Shown: positions 27,301-35,705, counted from the stretch's first letter. The stretch: 64,000 bases of DNA from an uncultured Anaerolineae bacterium (GCA_964529715.1 CAZGXI010000023.1:130-64129); one strand, 5' to 3'. Notes: generated by a model not told the origin, from the letters alone. Numbers and translations are program-made.

Positions 27301-28504
27301 GCGGCGAGACGGGCGTTGGCTGTACGTGGGGACGGCGGCAGGGGTGTGGGCGGCGCATCACACGCCGGATGGGGCGTTATTGGCAGTTAGGGTTGTTGAT
27401 CTAGATGATTTGTTGGCCGTCGGCGGTGGCTGGCTGTACGCCCGTCGAGACGCGCATACTCTGGCCCTGGCTTCGCTGCTGGATCTGCCGCAGCCTCAGG
27501 GGGCGTTTGCCTATCCCCTGCCGGAGATGCCCCGCATTGCTGCTGTCGTGGTGTGGGAGGGGCGCGTCCTGGTCGGTGGACCGGCGGGCCTGGCGGCGTT
27601 GGAATGGGACGCCGTTGGGAGTGCTGCGCTGCCCGTGCTGTTGGGTCAGATAGACGGTCTGCCCGGCGAGCCTGCTGCCGTTTGGGGCATGGCTGACACG
27701 GTCTGGGTCGCAGCCGGAGCGGGCGGTGTGTGGCGCATCGACGTGCGCGATCCGGCGCTTCCCCGCCTGGAAGCAGTTATCTCAACGGCGGGCGAGGCGC
27801 GCGGGCTGGTGCTGTCGCCGGCGGGGGATCGGCTGGCAGTCGCAACCGGGCAGTGCGGCGTCCGCCTGCTGGACGTGACCGTCAATCCGCCGCGCGAGAC
27901 CGGCTACTGGCAGGGCGCGGCGGCGGCGGATGTGGCGGCAGCCGGCGACCTCTACGCGGTCGCCGGGGAAAACGGCCCGGTTTTACTGCGGGAAGCGCCA
28001 GATGTTCCAGCCGTGTTGCCGCCCATGCCGTTCGACCCCACGCCGCCGGATAGGGCGGATGGTGTAAATGGCCCGGTGACATTAAGCTGGTTGCCGCAGC
28101 CCGACCCCTGTGATGGGATCGCATACGAGGTCAGGCTTAGCGTTGGGGGTGCTTCTCTGGAGCGCGTCGCGGCGACGACGGAACCCCGGCTTGTCCTGAG
28201 CGATCTGCCGTCCGGCGTGGCGGTTCGCTGGCAGGTGGTCGCCGTTGACCGCCAGGGCGATGCAGCGGAAGGACCGGTCTGGGAATTCTATACCGGTGCG
28301 GCATCTCCGGCGACGGTCCAGCCAATCTGGAGTGGGGCGCGGCTGGCCCTTCCGACACCGACGTTTGCGTCACCGGTGGCGCCGGGGATTGCCCCGGCAG
28401 TCGTAGACGTGGGGCTGGGCTGGGTGCTGCTGGTTGGAGGGATTCTGCTGGAACTGGCGCTGTTGGCGCTGTGGTGGCGCTGGCGTCGGGCGTTGCGCAG
28501 GTAG
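24380..28504 (+). CDS. Large cell-surface LVIVD-repeat beta-propeller protein with C-terminal Fn3-like domain and TM anchor
   Basis: Signal peptide, many YVA..GL.I.D.S.P..P repeats, Y.WQVVAVD..G....GPVWEF Fn3-like segment, terminal TM helix plus WRWRRALRR. Confidence 0.82.
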   Translation: MRGNTSRRALAILLAVLSLLPANVGAQGTPDAQRMALVSEIGGVARAVAALEDGLLLAEGESLVRLDGAGREIGRAAPGRGAVQDLAARGGAVYALTETGLSVLDLDSLAERAFLPGGGQALAVTDRAIYVAAQRAGLRAALIGADGLPGGWQAIPSSDGAAVDIDADAAAAYLYVALGEGGIGIYALSDPAVPALVHRITDVGAIRAVDVDGARLFAASGHRLHVYDLSGPTQPVLADSYDPLHDARGLVLRGEWAYVADAAGGLKRYVFDSLTAVRFDRVVWQGEAYGVFDDGRYLYLAAGWDGVIALDAPDRDRLEARGRVVLPGLASAVVVDGAGGARRGLAALGAEGVAVIDWRDINAPRLGAVLNLGGAVRAVAVRDAVGFAAVEGVGLAILGLADVNAPTLLATVPMQGAPQSLALGGTLVYAAAGDGGLYVVETIRPAEAAIVGRLLPPRADQPFLHVALEGKRAYISTGDALLIADVDSGQTPQVLSTLSIPATAAAARAFIAYAVGPRSLTTVNGGSSNAPEILHTYRAIDSICAVLSGGEYVWLAGQGDGAQAAFLGLSGLGAAEAWTAGYGEGCSLATGQGGLAWLAAGSDGLIALRPGGASPVRPAALGGETIHVLADGRLLIGGGTGWGILDPAGQDGHWVRGEAPGRVAGLTGAGDSIFLALGEGGAVRYGPVDQGESFRLVAHWLPGAADGSARGVTAEGQFVYVAEDGPGAGGALRVLTAESLQTVTTVPLPGRAQAVAQQDGLAYVDYGRDGRGGLAVIDVRTPTAGLRAVGSAAFPATGLALTADGRIGYAVGGTALTVFDLSGWPEVRPLRVVRLSRSVSRLILDEAGRRLLGFAPGQSVLVLRLDDPTLPVPAAILETAAQDVAVYGDALYLAVGEGGLQAANLALLENLATTVRTLNGAPTAALWTDSGMLYAAGAASLRAYDLSDPFAPAQTATLSLERGDAAQALVGRATRRDGRWLYVGTAAGVWAAHHTPDGALLAVRVVDLDDLLAVGGGWLYARRDAHTLALASLLDLPQPQGAFAYPLPEMPRIAAVVVWEGRVLVGGPAGLAALEWDAVGSAALPVLLGQIDGLPGEPAAVWGMADTVWVAAGAGGVWRIDVRDPALPRLEAVISTAGEARGLVLSPAGDRLAVATGQCGVRLLDVTVNPPRETGYWQGAAAADVAAAGDLYAVAGENGPVLLREAPDVPAVLPPMPFDPTPPDRADGVNGPVTLSWLPQPDPCDGIAYEVRLSVGGASLERVAATTEPRLVLSDLPSGVAVRWQVVAVDRQGDAAEGPVWEFYTGAASPATVQPIWSGARLALPTPTFASPVAPGIAPAVVDVGLGWVLLVGGILLELALLALWWRWRRALRR

Positions 28505-28515
28505 GGCGGGCAAAC

Positions 28516-28545
28516 AAAAACGCCTGATCACAGAACCAGGCGTTT
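28516..28545 (-). terminator. Intrinsic terminator downstream of tRNA-Asn
   Basis: Minus strand AAACGCCTG-GTTCTGTGAT-CAGGCGTTT followed by TT. Confidence 0.75.
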
Positions 28546-28620
28546 GGCTCCGCAGGTAGGACTCGAACCTACAACCCATCGGTTAACAGCCGATTGCTCT
28601 GCCGATTGAGCTACTGCGGA
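28545..28620 (-). tRNA. tRNA-Asn (GTT)
   Basis: Minus strand TCCGCAGTAGCTCAATCGGCAGAGCAATCGGCT-GTT-AACCGATGGGTTGTAGGTTCGAGTCCTACCTGCGGAGCCA, 76 nt with encoded CCA. Confidence 0.98.
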
Positions 28621-28696
28621 AAGTTGATTTGCATGATACCAGACGGGCGTCAGGCTGTCAAGCACGAGACTGGCAAGAAAATGTTGGGGGATACGT

Positions 28697-29959
28697 ATGC
28701 ATAACGGCAAACAGACTGCGAAAGAGAAGCTCCAAAAGCTCTATGATTTTGCCCTGGCCGAGGCGACGGGAAACATCTTGCCGTTCTGGATGAATTACAC
28801 GCCCGATCCCGTAAACGGCGGCTTTTATGGCATGGTGCTGAACGACCGCACGCCGGTCAGAGAGGCGCAGAAGGGCCTGGTGCTTAACGCCCGCCTGGTC
28901 TGGACATTCGCCTCGGCTTACCGCGTGTTCGGCGACGCTTCGTACCTCGAAACGGCCAGGCGCGCCTACGAGTATTTCATCGGGCATTTTTGGGATGAAG
29001 AATATCCAGGTGCTTATTGGATGTTGGATAGCCGGGGCGCGCCAGTCGATACGCACAAGTACATCTACGGCCAGGCGTTTGCGATTTATGCTCTGTCGGA
29101 ATACTACCGGGCGACCGGCGAAGCGCACGCCCTGGAACGCGCGGTGGCGTTGTTCCACACGCTGGAACGATGCGCCTTCGATCCGGTGAACGGAGGGTAT
29201 TTTGAAGCGTGTCAACGCGATTGGCAGGGCGACATTCGCCGTCAGGTCAGTCCTATAAACGTCGAGGGCGGCGGGGTGAAGAGCATGAACACGCATCTGC
29301 ACCTGCTTGAGGCGTATACCACCCTGCTGCGGGTATGGGATGACCAGGAAGTGCGCACAAAAGTGCGCCAGACCCTGCAAACGCTGCTTGACCGGATTGT
29401 TGATCGGGACATCTATCACTATAAGATGTTCTTCGACGAGCAATGGCAGCCCGTTTATCCGAATATTTCCTACGGCCACGACATCGAAGGAGCCTGGCTG
29501 ATGATGGAAGCCTGCGAGGTCCTCGGCGAAGCCGATCTATTTGCGCCGGTCCGGGCCGTCTGTATGAACATGGCGCAGGCATGTCTGAAGGAAGCTGTCG
29601 GCGTAGACGGCAGCCTGCTCTATGAAAAGGACCCGTTCACCGGTCACCGTGATGCCCGGACATCCTGGTGGTCGCAGGCCGAGGCAGTGGTCGGCTTCTT
29701 GAATGCTTACGAGATCGGCGGCAGCGAGCATTTCCTCAATGCGGCGGTTGGTTGTCTGGACTTCATCGAGCGCCATCTGGTCGATCACATCTACGGCGAG
29801 TGGTTCGCTTCGGCGGAGGAGACGGCGAAGAGGGGCGATGGGGTCAAGGTGGATGCCTGGAAATGTCCTTATCACAACAGTCGGATGTGCTTTGAGATCA
29901 TCGAGCGCCATCGCAAGCGGGAGCGAAAGCCGGGTGGCGCAAGGGACGAAAGCGGCTGA
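28697..29959 (+). CDS. AGE-family epimerase (cellobiose 2-epimerase / N-acylglucosamine 2-epimerase-like)
   Basis: KGLVLNARLVWTF, YGQAFAIYALSEY, KSMNTHLHLLEAY, SYGHDIE, WWSQAEA, WKCPYHNSR. Confidence 0.92.
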   Translation: MHNGKQTAKEKLQKLYDFALAEATGNILPFWMNYTPDPVNGGFYGMVLNDRTPVREAQKGLVLNARLVWTFASAYRVFGDASYLETARRAYEYFIGHFWDEEYPGAYWMLDSRGAPVDTHKYIYGQAFAIYALSEYYRATGEAHALERAVALFHTLERCAFDPVNGGYFEACQRDWQGDIRRQVSPINVEGGGVKSMNTHLHLLEAYTTLLRVWDDQEVRTKVRQTLQTLLDRIVDRDIYHYKMFFDEQWQPVYPNISYGHDIEGAWLMMEACEVLGEADLFAPVRAVCMNMAQACLKEAVGVDGSLLYEKDPFTGHRDARTSWWSQAEAVVGFLNAYEIGGSEHFLNAAVGCLDFIERHLVDHIYGEWFASAEETAKRGDGVKVDAWKCPYHNSRMCFEIIERHRKRERKPGGARDESG

Positions 29960-30046
29960 TCGGCCATTGGCCCTCTACCCAAGCGTCCCAAACCGGGAAA
30001 GCCTTCAAGCTGGGCAAAAAACCTGCCGTAGAACTTTAAATCTGCA

Positions 30047-30075
30047 TTGACGGCTTCCCCTGGCTATGATAAACT
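30047..30075 (+). promoter_or_regulatory. Sigma70-type promoter for infC-rpmI-rplT
   Basis: TTGACG-N17-TAAACT with an extended -10 TG. Confidence 0.55.
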
Positions 30076-30133
30076 TTGTTACCTGGACGCCGCCTCTGGG
30101 GGTCCTATCATGGAGTCTGAGGGGGAAAGTGCT

Positions 30134-30658
30134 ATAAGCGTCGAGTATCGCATTAATCAACAGATCCGCGTCCGTGAGGTTCGTCTGATTACCGAGACGA
30201 ACGAAAATATTGGCGTGGTTTCCATTCAAGAGGCGTTGGCGCGGGCTGCGCAGGCCGGGCTGGACCTGGTGGAAGTGGCGCCCAATTCTGATCCGCCTGT
30301 CTGTAAGATTATGGACTTTGGCAAGTTCCTTTACGCCAAGGCGAAAAAGGAACGCGAAGCCCGCAAGCAGCAAAAAGTAATTGAAGTCAAGGAAATCCGC
30401 CTCCGTCCCAAAACGTCTGGCCATCACCTATCCTTCAAGGTGCGCAGTGCGCGCCGCTGGATCGAGGAAGGCATGAAGGTCAAGGTGCGCGTGGCGTTCA
30501 AGGCGCGAGAAATCTCCTACCCGGAGATTGGGCGCGATTTGTTGGATCAAGTCGCTCAGGCGTTGGCCGACGTGGCGGTGGTGGAGCAGGCGCCAAACAT
30601 GGAAGGCTCCACCATGCTCATGGTGCTGGCGCCCGTCGTCACTAAAGGCAAGAAATAG
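30134..30658 (+). CDS. infC: Translation initiation factor IF-3 (probable ATA start)
   Basis: RINQQIRVREVRLI, LDLVEVAPNSDPPVCKIMDFGK, VKEIRL. In-frame ATA lies 8 nt after the purine-rich GAGGGGG. Confidence 0.96.
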   Translation: MSVEYRINQQIRVREVRLITETNENIGVVSIQEALARAAQAGLDLVEVAPNSDPPVCKIMDFGKFLYAKAKKEREARKQQKVIEVKEIRLRPKTSGHHLSFKVRSARRWIEEGMKVKVRVAFKAREISYPEIGRDLLDQVAQALADVAVVEQAPNMEGSTMLMVLAPVVTKGKK

Positions 30659-30660
30659 CT

Positions 30661-30906
30661 ATGGCGAAGAAGACCAAGAAGTACAAGCTCAAGACCTACA
30701 AAGCTGCCGCCAAGCGGTTCCGCATCACCGGCTCCGGCAAGCTGCTGCGCACCAAAGGCGGCAAGAGCCACCTGCGCCGCCGCACGCCCAAGCGCACCAA
30801 GCAGCAGTTCACCCAGATGCTGGAAGTCAAAGGGGCGGGGCTGCGGAAGCGCGTCTTGCGTCTGGCGCCGTACCTCAAGCGTTACAAAGCCAACCCGCCG
30901 AGCTAG
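30661..30906 (+). CDS. rpmI: 50S ribosomal protein L35
   Basis: KLKTYKAAAKRFRITGSGKL, KSHL. Position between infC and rplT. Confidence 0.96.
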   Translation: MAKKTKKYKLKTYKAAAKRFRITGSGKLLRTKGGKSHLRRRTPKRTKQQFTQMLEVKGAGLRKRVLRLAPYLKRYKANPPS

Positions 30907-30972
30907 CTACTGCCCGTGCGGACGTGAGGCTCAAGCGCCCTGTCGTGGGGACGCCTCGTGGATCGTCATTCA

Positions 30973-30992
30973 GCCCGGAGTGCACTCCGGGC
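30973..30992. other. Perfect 20-bp palindrome between rpmI and rplT
   Basis: GCCCGGAGTGCACTCCGGGC. Confidence 0.8.
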
Positions 30993-31015
30993 CGTTGTTG
31001 TAGGAGTAAGATAGC

Positions 31016-31363
31016 GTGGCTCGTGTAAAGACCGGCGTCGTGCGACGCCAGGGACATAAAAAAGTTCTCAAGCTCACCAAGGGCCAGTGGGGTACGCGGC
31101 ATCGTCTGTTCCGGCGGGCCAATGAGGCGATGTTGAAGAGCCTCTGGTATGCCTACCGCGACCGTCGGCAGCGCCGGCGCGACCTGCGCCGCCTGTGGAT
31201 CGTGCGCATCAACGCCGCAGCGCGCGCTAATGGACTGAGCTACAGCCGCCTGATGTACGGCCTCAAGGCGGCCAGTGTCGAGCTGGACCGCAAAGTATTG
31301 GCCGACATCGCCGTGCGCGATCCCCAGACGTTCGCCGCCGTCGTCAGGGTCGCACAGGGCTGA
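31016..31363 (+). CDS. rplT: 50S ribosomal protein L20
   Basis: [48 protein letters not shown]. Confidence 0.98.
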   Translation: MARVKTGVVRRQGHKKVLKLTKGQWGTRHRLFRRANEAMLKSLWYAYRDRRQRRRDLRRLWIVRINAAARANGLSYSRLMYGLKAASVELDRKVLADIAVRDPQTFAAVVRVAQG

Positions 31364-31395
31364 TTCGCACGCTTGGTGCCTGATCAGATACGCAG

Positions 31396-31421
31396 AACGG
31401 GACTCCGCGAGTCCCGTTTTT
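31396..31421 (+). terminator. Intrinsic terminator after rplT
   Basis: AACGGGACTC-CGC-GAGTCCCGTT-TTT. Confidence 0.85.
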
Positions 31422-31618
31422 GCGTTGTCGCATTGACCGCCCTGCCTGTTCCACGCAATTCAAACTGCTTTCTCACGGAAAGCGATTGTGTATTGCCGTT
31501 ACATTGATGTAGAATAGAATAGGCTACTGAAATCAACGATATGTATCCGGCCCGCAGTGGCCTGAAATGCGGTAATCTCTGGTGATGACACCCGAATACC
31601 GAAAGCGGACCGCTCACC

Positions 31619-32428
31619 ATGACCGACATCACCAGCCTCCAGAATGAACGGGTCAAGCTGGCCCACGCGCTGCAAACGCAGCCCAAAGCCCGCCGCCGCG
31701 AAGGAAAGCTCGTCATTGAGGGGGTGCGCCTGCTTAACGACGCGCTTAACTGCGGCCTGATGCCGGAGTACGTCTTTTACCTGGGCAGCGAGGCGACCCT
31801 AGACCGCTCAGCCTACCGGCTGTTTCGCCGTCTGAACGACTTAAACGCGCCGTTTCTGTCTGTGAGCGAAGAGGTGATGGCTCATGTGACCGATTTGGAG
31901 ACGCCGCCGGGCATCCTGGCCGTGTTGCCGCGTCCAACCCTGCCCGCGCCGGAGTCGCCCAGTCTGACGCTGGTGCTGGACGGCATCAACAATCCGGGGA
32001 ACCTGGGGAGTGTGCTGCGCACGGCGGCGGCAGCCGGGGCCGACCTGGTGATTCTCACGCCGGGCACCGTGGATCCCTATAACCCCAAAGTGCTGCGCGG
32101 CGGCATGGGAGCGCACTTCCGCTTGCCGCTGGTGCAGGCGACCTGGCCGGACATCGCCGCACGCTATGGACACCTGAATACCTACCTGGCCGATGCAGGC
32201 GGCGAGACGCCTTACTATGCCGTCGATTGGTTGCGCCCGTCCATGATCATTATCGGCGGCGAGGCGCACGGGGCCGGCGCCAACGCCCGCCAGCTTGCCG
32301 GGCGAACGATCACGATCCCGATGGCCGCCCAGACCGAGTCGCTCAACGCGGCGGTGGCGGCGGGCATTATCCTATACGAAGTGCAGCGCCAGCGTCATTT
32401 GTCTGCCCAGGAAGGGGCACGTCCATGA
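31619..32428 (+). CDS. TrmH/SpoU family RNA 2'-O-methyltransferase
   Basis: ITSLQNERVK, LDGINNPGNLGSVLRTA, IIGGEAHG, ESLNAAVAAGIILYE. Confidence 0.94.
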   Translation: MTDITSLQNERVKLAHALQTQPKARRREGKLVIEGVRLLNDALNCGLMPEYVFYLGSEATLDRSAYRLFRRLNDLNAPFLSVSEEVMAHVTDLETPPGILAVLPRPTLPAPESPSLTLVLDGINNPGNLGSVLRTAAAAGADLVILTPGTVDPYNPKVLRGGMGAHFRLPLVQATWPDIAARYGHLNTYLADAGGETPYYAVDWLRPSMIIIGGEAHGAGANARQLAGRTITIPMAAQTESLNAAVAAGIILYEVQRQRHLSAQEGARP

Positions 32429-33648
32429 AAATCCGCGCCATCACGTTCTTTACCGATCTGCCGCTTGACGAGCCGGAAATTCCCCTGGCGCGCACAGCGA
32501 CATTTCTTCACGCGGCGGCTCCTGCCTTTGAGGAGGCAGGGTTCGCGGTGCAAACGTGCCGTGTCGCCAGCCAGCCGTTCCCGCGTATCCTGGCCCCGAT
32601 TGGTCCGGGACTGGCAGTGGCTTATGCTCAGCGGGTCGAGGAGTTGATCAAAAGCTACGGCATTGACTACCTGTCTTTAGGGCCGGTGGACGTGGACGAC
32701 GATCCCGATTTCGTGGACGCGATCCCGTCGATCATCGGCACGACCGAGACGGTGTTCTGCGCCATTGCCATCGCCGATCCCGTGCGCGGCATCGACCTGC
32801 CGTTGCTGTGGCAGGCAGTCGATGTGATCCAGCAGGTCAGCGGGCTGAGCGCCGATGGCCTGGAAAACCTGTACCTGGCGATGCTGGCGAACTGTCCGCC
32901 GGGTTCGCCGTTCTTTCCGGCGGCTTACCACCGGGCAGGCGATCCGCCGTCGTTTGCCCTGGCGATTCAGGCGGCTGACCTGGCGATTCAGGCTTTTGCA
33001 TGTGCCGAAAGTGCCGCCGACGCGCAGCGCCACCTGACGGAGGCGATCACCCAGGCAGCGACAGAGCTGGGACGGATTGCCGCCGGCTTGGCGGCGGAAT
33101 TTGAGATCGGCTTCGGCGGGCTGGATTTTTCGCTCGCGCCGTTTCCCGACGAGGCCACCAGCCTGGGCGGGGCTATGGAGCGTCTGGGCATTTCGCTGGG
33201 CGGGGGTGGGGCGGCAGCAGCAGCAGCGTTGATCATGAGCGCACTGGACGGAGCAGAGTTCCAGCGGACGGGCTTCAGCGGCCTGATGTTGCCTGTGATG
33301 GAAGACAGCGTCCTGGCGGCGCGGACGGCAGCGGGGGAACTGAGCGTGACGGATCTGCTGCTCTACAGCGCCCTGTGCGGCACGGGCCTGGATACAATCC
33401 CACTGCCAGGCGATACCCCAGCGGCGGCGCTGGTGGGGATGTTGTTGGATGTGGCGGCGCTGGCCCTGCGGCTGAACAAACCACTCACGGCCCGGCTGAT
33501 GCCTCTGCCGGGCAAAAAAGCGGGCGACTCGACCGATCTGGAACATTTCCCTTACTTCGCACCGGGGCGGGTGATGTCGTTCACACGCGGCGTGACGCCC
33601 GGCGGCCTGATGGCTGGCGATGGCGTGTTGCAAATCCGGGCGCGGTAG
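32425..33648 (+). CDS. DUF711 (UPF0210)-family protein
   Basis: MKIRAIT start, LDFSLAP, GFSGLMLPVMED, SALCGTGLDTIPLPGD, KPLTARLMP. Confidence 0.85.
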   Translation: MKIRAITFFTDLPLDEPEIPLARTATFLHAAAPAFEEAGFAVQTCRVASQPFPRILAPIGPGLAVAYAQRVEELIKSYGIDYLSLGPVDVDDDPDFVDAIPSIIGTTETVFCAIAIADPVRGIDLPLLWQAVDVIQQVSGLSADGLENLYLAMLANCPPGSPFFPAAYHRAGDPPSFALAIQAADLAIQAFACAESAADAQRHLTEAITQAATELGRIAAGLAAEFEIGFGGLDFSLAPFPDEATSLGGAMERLGISLGGGGAAAAAALIMSALDGAEFQRTGFSGLMLPVMEDSVLAARTAAGELSVTDLLLYSALCGTGLDTIPLPGDTPAAALVGMLLDVAALALRLNKPLTARLMPLPGKKAGDSTDLEHFPYFAPGRVMSFTRGVTPGGLMAGDGVLQIRAR

Positions 33649-33781
33649 GCAGTAGGGGGATATGTTTTTTCACACCTGCCTGCTTGCGGCGGCGCCCTTT
33701 TGATTGTATCTTGAATTAAGGAACTATTTTGCCGTCGTTTGACTTTTAAGCGAAGTGCGGTGGTGGTCGGACGGGAACGCC

Positions 33782-35416
33782 ATGCAAACGATCGCACAAT
33801 TTGCCAAATCGCTGATCCATGTTGCGTATGACTATGCCGACACGCTCCAGCAGCGCCGCGCGCAGAGCCTGCTTGTCATGACCTTGGGACTGGCGATTGG
33901 CGTCACGGTGGGGACGCTGCTGCTGGCAGGAGGGCGCGTGGTCAGGCCGCTTCTATATCTCGGCAGTATTCCGCTGGGAAGCAGCCGGATCGCCTATATC
34001 CTGATCTGCGTGCTGTGCTACCTGTGTTTTGTTTGGGAAAGGCGTCTGCTCCGACGTGGGCGAATGGTGGCGGCCTGTTATGTCTACGTCGGGTTGCTAT
34101 ATCTCGTCGCTTTGCTGGCTTATGTGCCTACCGAGCTTGGGGGGGCGTTGATTGCGGCATTTACCATGCCGATTGTCGCTGCGGGGGTGCTGCTGGAGCG
34201 CCGTCAGCTCAGGATCGTTGCGGCGCTGGTGACGAGCACGCTAGTCGCCATTCTTGTGCTTGAGCAGCTGGGCGCTCTGGCCTGGGCCAAGTCCGGCTTT
34301 GCCACGCCGGCTTTCATGGCGATTGGCTATAACGTGATCATTCTGGCGGTGAATACCCTGATGCTGGGCGTGTTTGCCGGCGAACAGCGCATTCAGTTGG
34401 ATCAAAAAACAGCCCTGACGCGCGATTTACAGGCGGCAATGCTCGAAGCTACCGCCGCCCAGCGGGCCTACCGGCTGCTCGGCGAAACTGGCCAGGTGAT
34501 GATCCACGCGGCGGACGATGCCGAACTGTTGAACAATGTCTGTCTGAGGGCGGTCGAGATCGGGGGCTATCGTCTGGTTTGGGCCGGGCTGGCGGAGGGC
34601 GGGACGATCCGGGGCGTGGCGCAGGTGGCAGGTTCCACCGACTCGGTGAGTATTGCCTTCGACCCCATGACTTCGCAGCACCGTAGCGCCGTGATCCGCA
34701 CCGTGCAGTCGGGGGCGCCGTTTACCGCTCAACACCTCCTGACCGATGCGCGTTATCAATTGTGGCAGCGCGAGGCGGCGGTGCAGGGCTATGCTGCGTT
34801 CGCCGTCTTGCCGTTGCGCACCGACGATGACGTGCTCGGCGTGCTATGCTTCTATGCCCAGGAGCCGGATGCCTTTCAGTCAGCCGAAATCAACCTGTTG
34901 GAAAAGCTGAGTGGCAGCCTGGCTTTTACCCTGCTCTCATTACGCGAACGGCGCGCGCATGAGCAAGCCGAGGCCGAACGCGCCCGGTTGCAGCAGCAGA
35001 TGATCGAAGCGCAGCAGCAGGCGCTGTTGGAACTATCCACACCGGTGATCCCGGTAGCAGAGGGGGTCATCGTCATGCCGCTGATCGGCAGCATTGATGC
35101 GGCGCGCGCCCGCGACGTGATGCGGGCGCTGTTGAGCAGCATCAGCCACTATCGGGCAAAGGTGGTCATTCTGGATGTGACTGGCGTGCCGGTGATTGAC
35201 AGCGGCGTGGCGGAACATCTGAACAAGTCGATTGAGGCTGTGCGGCTCAAGGGCGCGCAGACCATCATCACCGGCATTTCTGACGCAGTGGCCGAGACGA
35301 TCATCGACCTGGGCATCGACTGGACCGGCGTCATGACGCTGCGCGACCTGCAATCTGGCCTTGCTGCCGCGATGGCGCGGTTGAACGCCTCGCCAGGGCG
35401 CACACTGCGGAATTAG
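33782..35416 (+). CDS. Membrane sensor with GAF and STAS (RsbR-like) domains
   Basis: About 6 TM helices, GAF domain (VLPLRTDDDVLGVLCFYA), coiled coil, ELSTPVIPV..PLIGSID..RA, LDVTGVPVIDS. Confidence 0.88.
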   Translation: MQTIAQFAKSLIHVAYDYADTLQQRRAQSLLVMTLGLAIGVTVGTLLLAGGRVVRPLLYLGSIPLGSSRIAYILICVLCYLCFVWERRLLRRGRMVAACYVYVGLLYLVALLAYVPTELGGALIAAFTMPIVAAGVLLERRQLRIVAALVTSTLVAILVLEQLGALAWAKSGFATPAFMAIGYNVIILAVNTLMLGVFAGEQRIQLDQKTALTRDLQAAMLEATAAQRAYRLLGETGQVMIHAADDAELLNNVCLRAVEIGGYRLVWAGLAEGGTIRGVAQVAGSTDSVSIAFDPMTSQHRSAVIRTVQSGAPFTAQHLLTDARYQLWQREAAVQGYAAFAVLPLRTDDDVLGVLCFYAQEPDAFQSAEINLLEKLSGSLAFTLLSLRERRAHEQAEAERARLQQQMIEAQQQALLELSTPVIPVAEGVIVMPLIGSIDAARARDVMRALLSSISHYRAKVVILDVTGVPVIDSGVAEHLNKSIEAVRLKGAQTIITGISDAVAETIIDLGIDWTGVMTLRDLQSGLAAAMARLNASPGRTLRN

Positions 35417-35474
35417 CCGCTCATGCAGTACCGCGTCTGGACTACGGCAACTTGCAGGCCGGGTGACGATCCCC

Positions 35475-35503
35475 TTTACAGGGCCGCCGGACCCGCTTAT
35501 ACT
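35475..35503 (+). promoter_or_regulatory. Sigma70-type promoter for the hisS leader
   Basis: TTTACA-N17-TATACT. Confidence 0.7.
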
Positions 35504-35530
35504 CTAACATAACGACGGGGGAACAAACTC

Positions 35531-35578
35531 ATGTGTACCAGGATTCACGCTCACCATCACGTCCGACGATTATCCTGA
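35531..35578 (+). CDS. His-rich leader peptide (hisL-like), MCTRIHAHHHVRRLS
   Basis: GGGGG SD, ATG, four His codons within five positions, TGA. Lies between the promoter and the terminator upstream of hisS. Confidence 0.85.
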   Translation: MCTRIHAHHHVRRLS

Positions 35579-35633
35579 CCCACCGTTGCGCCGTGTGAAA
35601 TCAAAGCGCAGACGCGGGTCTGCGCTTTTTATT
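35558..35633 (+). promoter_or_regulatory. Transcription attenuator (1:2, 2:3, 3:4 pairings) upstream of hisS
   Basis: Terminator AAAGCGCAGAC-GCGG-GTCTGCGCTTT-TTATTT (35603-35633). CGTTGCGC (35584-91) can pair with GCGCAGACG (35606-14) or with CGACG/CACG in the leader ORF. Confidence 0.8.
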
Positions 35634-35705
35634 TGCCGGTTTTCAGTGCCCTCATTCCCTTGTCTACCAGGGCGAAGGGGAATTCGCAAAGAAGGAGAAC
35701 CTACT

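Noticed and set aside
28545-28620. tRNA-Asn as an integration site for an island
   Set aside because: I saw no integrase and no duplicated tRNA 3' fragment, and a normal terminator follows directly. An exact repeat search was not run.
35417-35705. T-box riboswitch upstream of hisS
   Set aside because: There is no TGGnACC T-box motif or specifier stem before the terminator. The leader-peptide model explains the region better.
35586-35705. Longer hisS start from the ORF track (MRRVKSK...)
   Set aside because: It runs through the attenuator hairpin. The true start is ATG 35706, after AAGGAG.
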